A stretch of 64,000 nucleotides of DNA. It comes from Isosphaeraceae bacterium (GTDB taxonomy: Bacteria; Planctomycetota; Planctomycetia; Isosphaerales; Isosphaeraceae). The stretch lies in assembly GCA_049516015.1 (NCBI GenBank), contig JBEKTN010000042.1, positions 2,930 through 66,929 on the forward strand, in the 5' to 3' direction. The translations under genes and the position numbers were made by a program. The stretch's first letter is position 1. Each line of letters begins with the position of its first letter. The notes under the pieces are model-generated. The model was not told where the DNA came from. It did not search any database and was given only the letters and a program-made list of their open reading frames with translations. Positions 62,105-64,000 of this stretch are shown here, piece by piece.

Positions 62105-63097
62105 ATGGGCCTAATACTGGGAATCATCACGGGAGCATTGCTGCTGGCGTGTGCCCTGGTTGCAGTTTGGATGGTCGGCGCGATTTACTACGACGTGTGT
62201 GACGGAGCCAAGTGGGGCCGTTGGGTCGCGCTGGCCTGGGCCGTTGGCGTGATTGCGATCTTCGCGGCCTGGCGGCCGCTCTGGCAGCCGATCGTTGCCT
62301 TGCTCGGGGCGGAGTCGCTATTCCTCGCTTGGTGGTACCGACAGAAACCGAGCCACGACCGCGACTGGGACCCTAGCGCAGCCGTGCTGCCGCGGGCTGT
62401 CATCGCCGGGGATGCGGTGACGATCGAAAACGTCCGCAACCTGGAATACCGTTCGCTCGACGATTTCACTCCGCATTGGGAAAACCGCACGTATCATCTC
62501 TCGAATATCAAGGGAGTGGACGTCATTTTCTTCGACTGGGGAGATGGGCTCAGGGGCCACCCTGCCCTGGTCTTCGACATCGGACGCGATGGCCGCATCT
62601 GCATGTCGATCGAGGCGCGAATCACGAAGGGGCAGAAATACTCGGTCTTGCGCAGTCTGTATCGACAGCAGGAGCTGATCTTCGTCGCCGCGGACGAACG
62701 CGACGTCATTCTTCGGCGCACGAAATTCAGTGAACGCCAATGGGCGTACCTCTACCACCTCAATTCGAGCGTGGAGGAACTAAAAAGAGTGTTTCTCGAT
62801 TACGTGAATATGATCAATCAATTGTACAAGAGTCCGCGCTGGTACCACGTCCTGTTCACCAATTGCACAACGTCCTTCTACAAGCTTCCCAGCAGACAGG
62901 TGCGCTGGGACTGGCGCGTCATTGCCAACGCCCGTTTGGATCGGGCCCTCTACAAGGACGGTCGATTGGACCGGACTCTACCCTTTAAGGAACTCCGCCG
63001 ACTCGCCTACCTTAACGACATTGCGAACACAGCCCCGGCGGCGGGATTTGGGGATCATATCCGCCGCGAACTCGAAAGGCGCCGCCATGAACGATGA
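62105..63097 (+). CDS. DUF4105 (Lnb N-terminal-like) membrane protein
   Basis: Three TM helices, PSHDRDW, IENVRN, SIEAR, YRQQELIFVAADERDVI, WYHVLFTNCTT. Confidence 0.85.
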   Translation: MGLILGIITGALLLACALVAVWMVGAIYYDVCDGAKWGRWVALAWAVGVIAIFAAWRPLWQPIVALLGAESLFLAWWYRQKPSHDRDWDPSAAVLPRAVIAGDAVTIENVRNLEYRSLDDFTPHWENRTYHLSNIKGVDVIFFDWGDGLRGHPALVFDIGRDGRICMSIEARITKGQKYSVLRSLYRQQELIFVAADERDVILRRTKFSERQWAYLYHLNSSVEELKRVFLDYVNMINQLYKSPRWYHVLFTNCTTSFYKLPSRQVRWDWRVIANARLDRALYKDGRLDRTLPFKELRRLAYLNDIANTAPAAGFGDHIRRELERRRHER

Positions 63098-64000
63098 CGT
63101 CATTCCGCTACTGAAAGTGCACGAGTACTTTCAGGGTGCGTCCGATGAAACCCTCCAGGAAGTCGTGCGGCTCGGACGGGTCGCGCAGTATCCCGCCGGG
63201 AGCGTCGTCCACGAGGCGGACGTCGTGCTCACCACGGTGGGCTTCGTCCTGCGCGGGCGGCTCAAGGCCGTCCGGGTCAGCGCCAACGGAACTGAGTCGC
63301 TGTTTCGCATGATCGAGCGCGGCGAACAGTTCGGGCTGATGGTCGGCGCGCTAAGCGAACCCGTGCCGATCCGCATCGTCGCGCTGGAGCCCTCGACGAT
63401 CCTCAGGCTGGACTACGAAGAGGCGATCGAGTTGACTTTCGCCAGGCCGGACCTGCGCCGTCTGTGGTTAAAGACCTTCGCGGGAAGCCAGAGGAAGCTG
63501 TTCCTGGGCGCCGACCCCAAGCGGTCGACCACGATGCTGGCGCTGATTCACGATTCACCCGCGACGCGCCGGACGGCTGAACGGCTCATCCAGCGACTGA
63601 GCGACATCGGCGAGCAAGTCGCGGTCTTGAGCGATTCGGACCGGCGGCTGGATTCGCCAAATGTACGGTTTCGGCCGCTCCGAGAGGACGGCCGAGATTT
63701 GACGTCAGAGGAAATACGGGAGCAGGCCGCTCGCTGGCAGGACGCCAATCGAATCATCTTCGACGTCCACACCTACCTGACGCCGGAACGGGCGGCGCAG
63801 CTCATGGAACTCGTCGACCGCGCCGTCTATTTCGTCCCGGCAGATGCGGCAGACAGCGCAATCCGCCGCCTGCAGGCGATCGACGTGTCTGCCCGGGGCT
63901 GGCGCGACAAGATCAGTGTCGCCTGGTTGCTTGAGGGCGATAGTCCCGTGGTCTCCGCCGTTCCGAACCTCCCCGAGCTTGCCTCCCGAGATTTCAAAAT
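63087..64000 (+). CDS. Cyclic-nucleotide-binding domain protein, 3'-partial (possibly NTE/patatin-type)
   Basis: MNDDVIPLLKVHEYFQG...FVLRGRLK...GEQFG...IVALEPSTILRL; open to the window end. Confidence 0.75.
   Translation, partial: MNDDVIPLLKVHEYFQGASDETLQEVVRLGRVAQYPAGSVVHEADVVLTTVGFVLRGRLKAVRVSANGTESLFRMIERGEQFGLMVGALSEPVPIRIVALEPSTILRLDYEEAIELTFARPDLRRLWLKTFAGSQRKLFLGADPKRSTTMLALIHDSPATRRTAERLIQRLSDIGEQVAVLSDSDRRLDSPNVRFRPLREDGRDLTSEEIREQAARWQDANRIIFDVHTYLTPERAAQLMELVDRAVYFVPADAADSAIRRLQAIDVSARGWRDKISVAWLLEGDSPVVSAVPNLPELASRDFK

Overview
GC-rich bacterial chromosomal DNA. Gene content (DUF1570, membrane-anchored GspE, CsrA-like repeats, REP/MITE types) points to a Planctomycete, probably Isosphaeraceae-like; this is an inference. 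Layout: (1) 1-6.9 kb, a SUF Fe-S operon (SufR-like end, sufC, sufB, sufD, sufE, Rieske ferredoxin, SufT/DUF59). It has no sufS in this window, has a two-domain rhodanese beside sufE, and has a MazF-type TA pair inserted between sufB and sufD. (2) Two regulators with degenerate catalytic motifs. (3) A decayed mobile/defence patch at 10.2-17.2 kb: truncated BREX-associated-like gene, minimal tyrosine recombinase with a mutated catalytic Arg, stop-interrupted HEAT gene, orphan kinase and a DUF433/DUF5615 TA pair, with a duplicated ~95-bp promoter-like module near each end. (4) Mostly core genes at 17-37 kb: lpxB, CYTH, long repeat-containing SPFH protein, ODC-homospermidine synthase, two tandem-CsrA-like genes, dps, dodecin, rpsR, cvpA-gspE-pilT, hisF. 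(5) An accessory membrane/stress cluster at 37.5-64 kb with several truncated genes. No rRNA, intact tRNA or CRISPR array was seen. All family assignments come from motif recognition by eye, not database searches.
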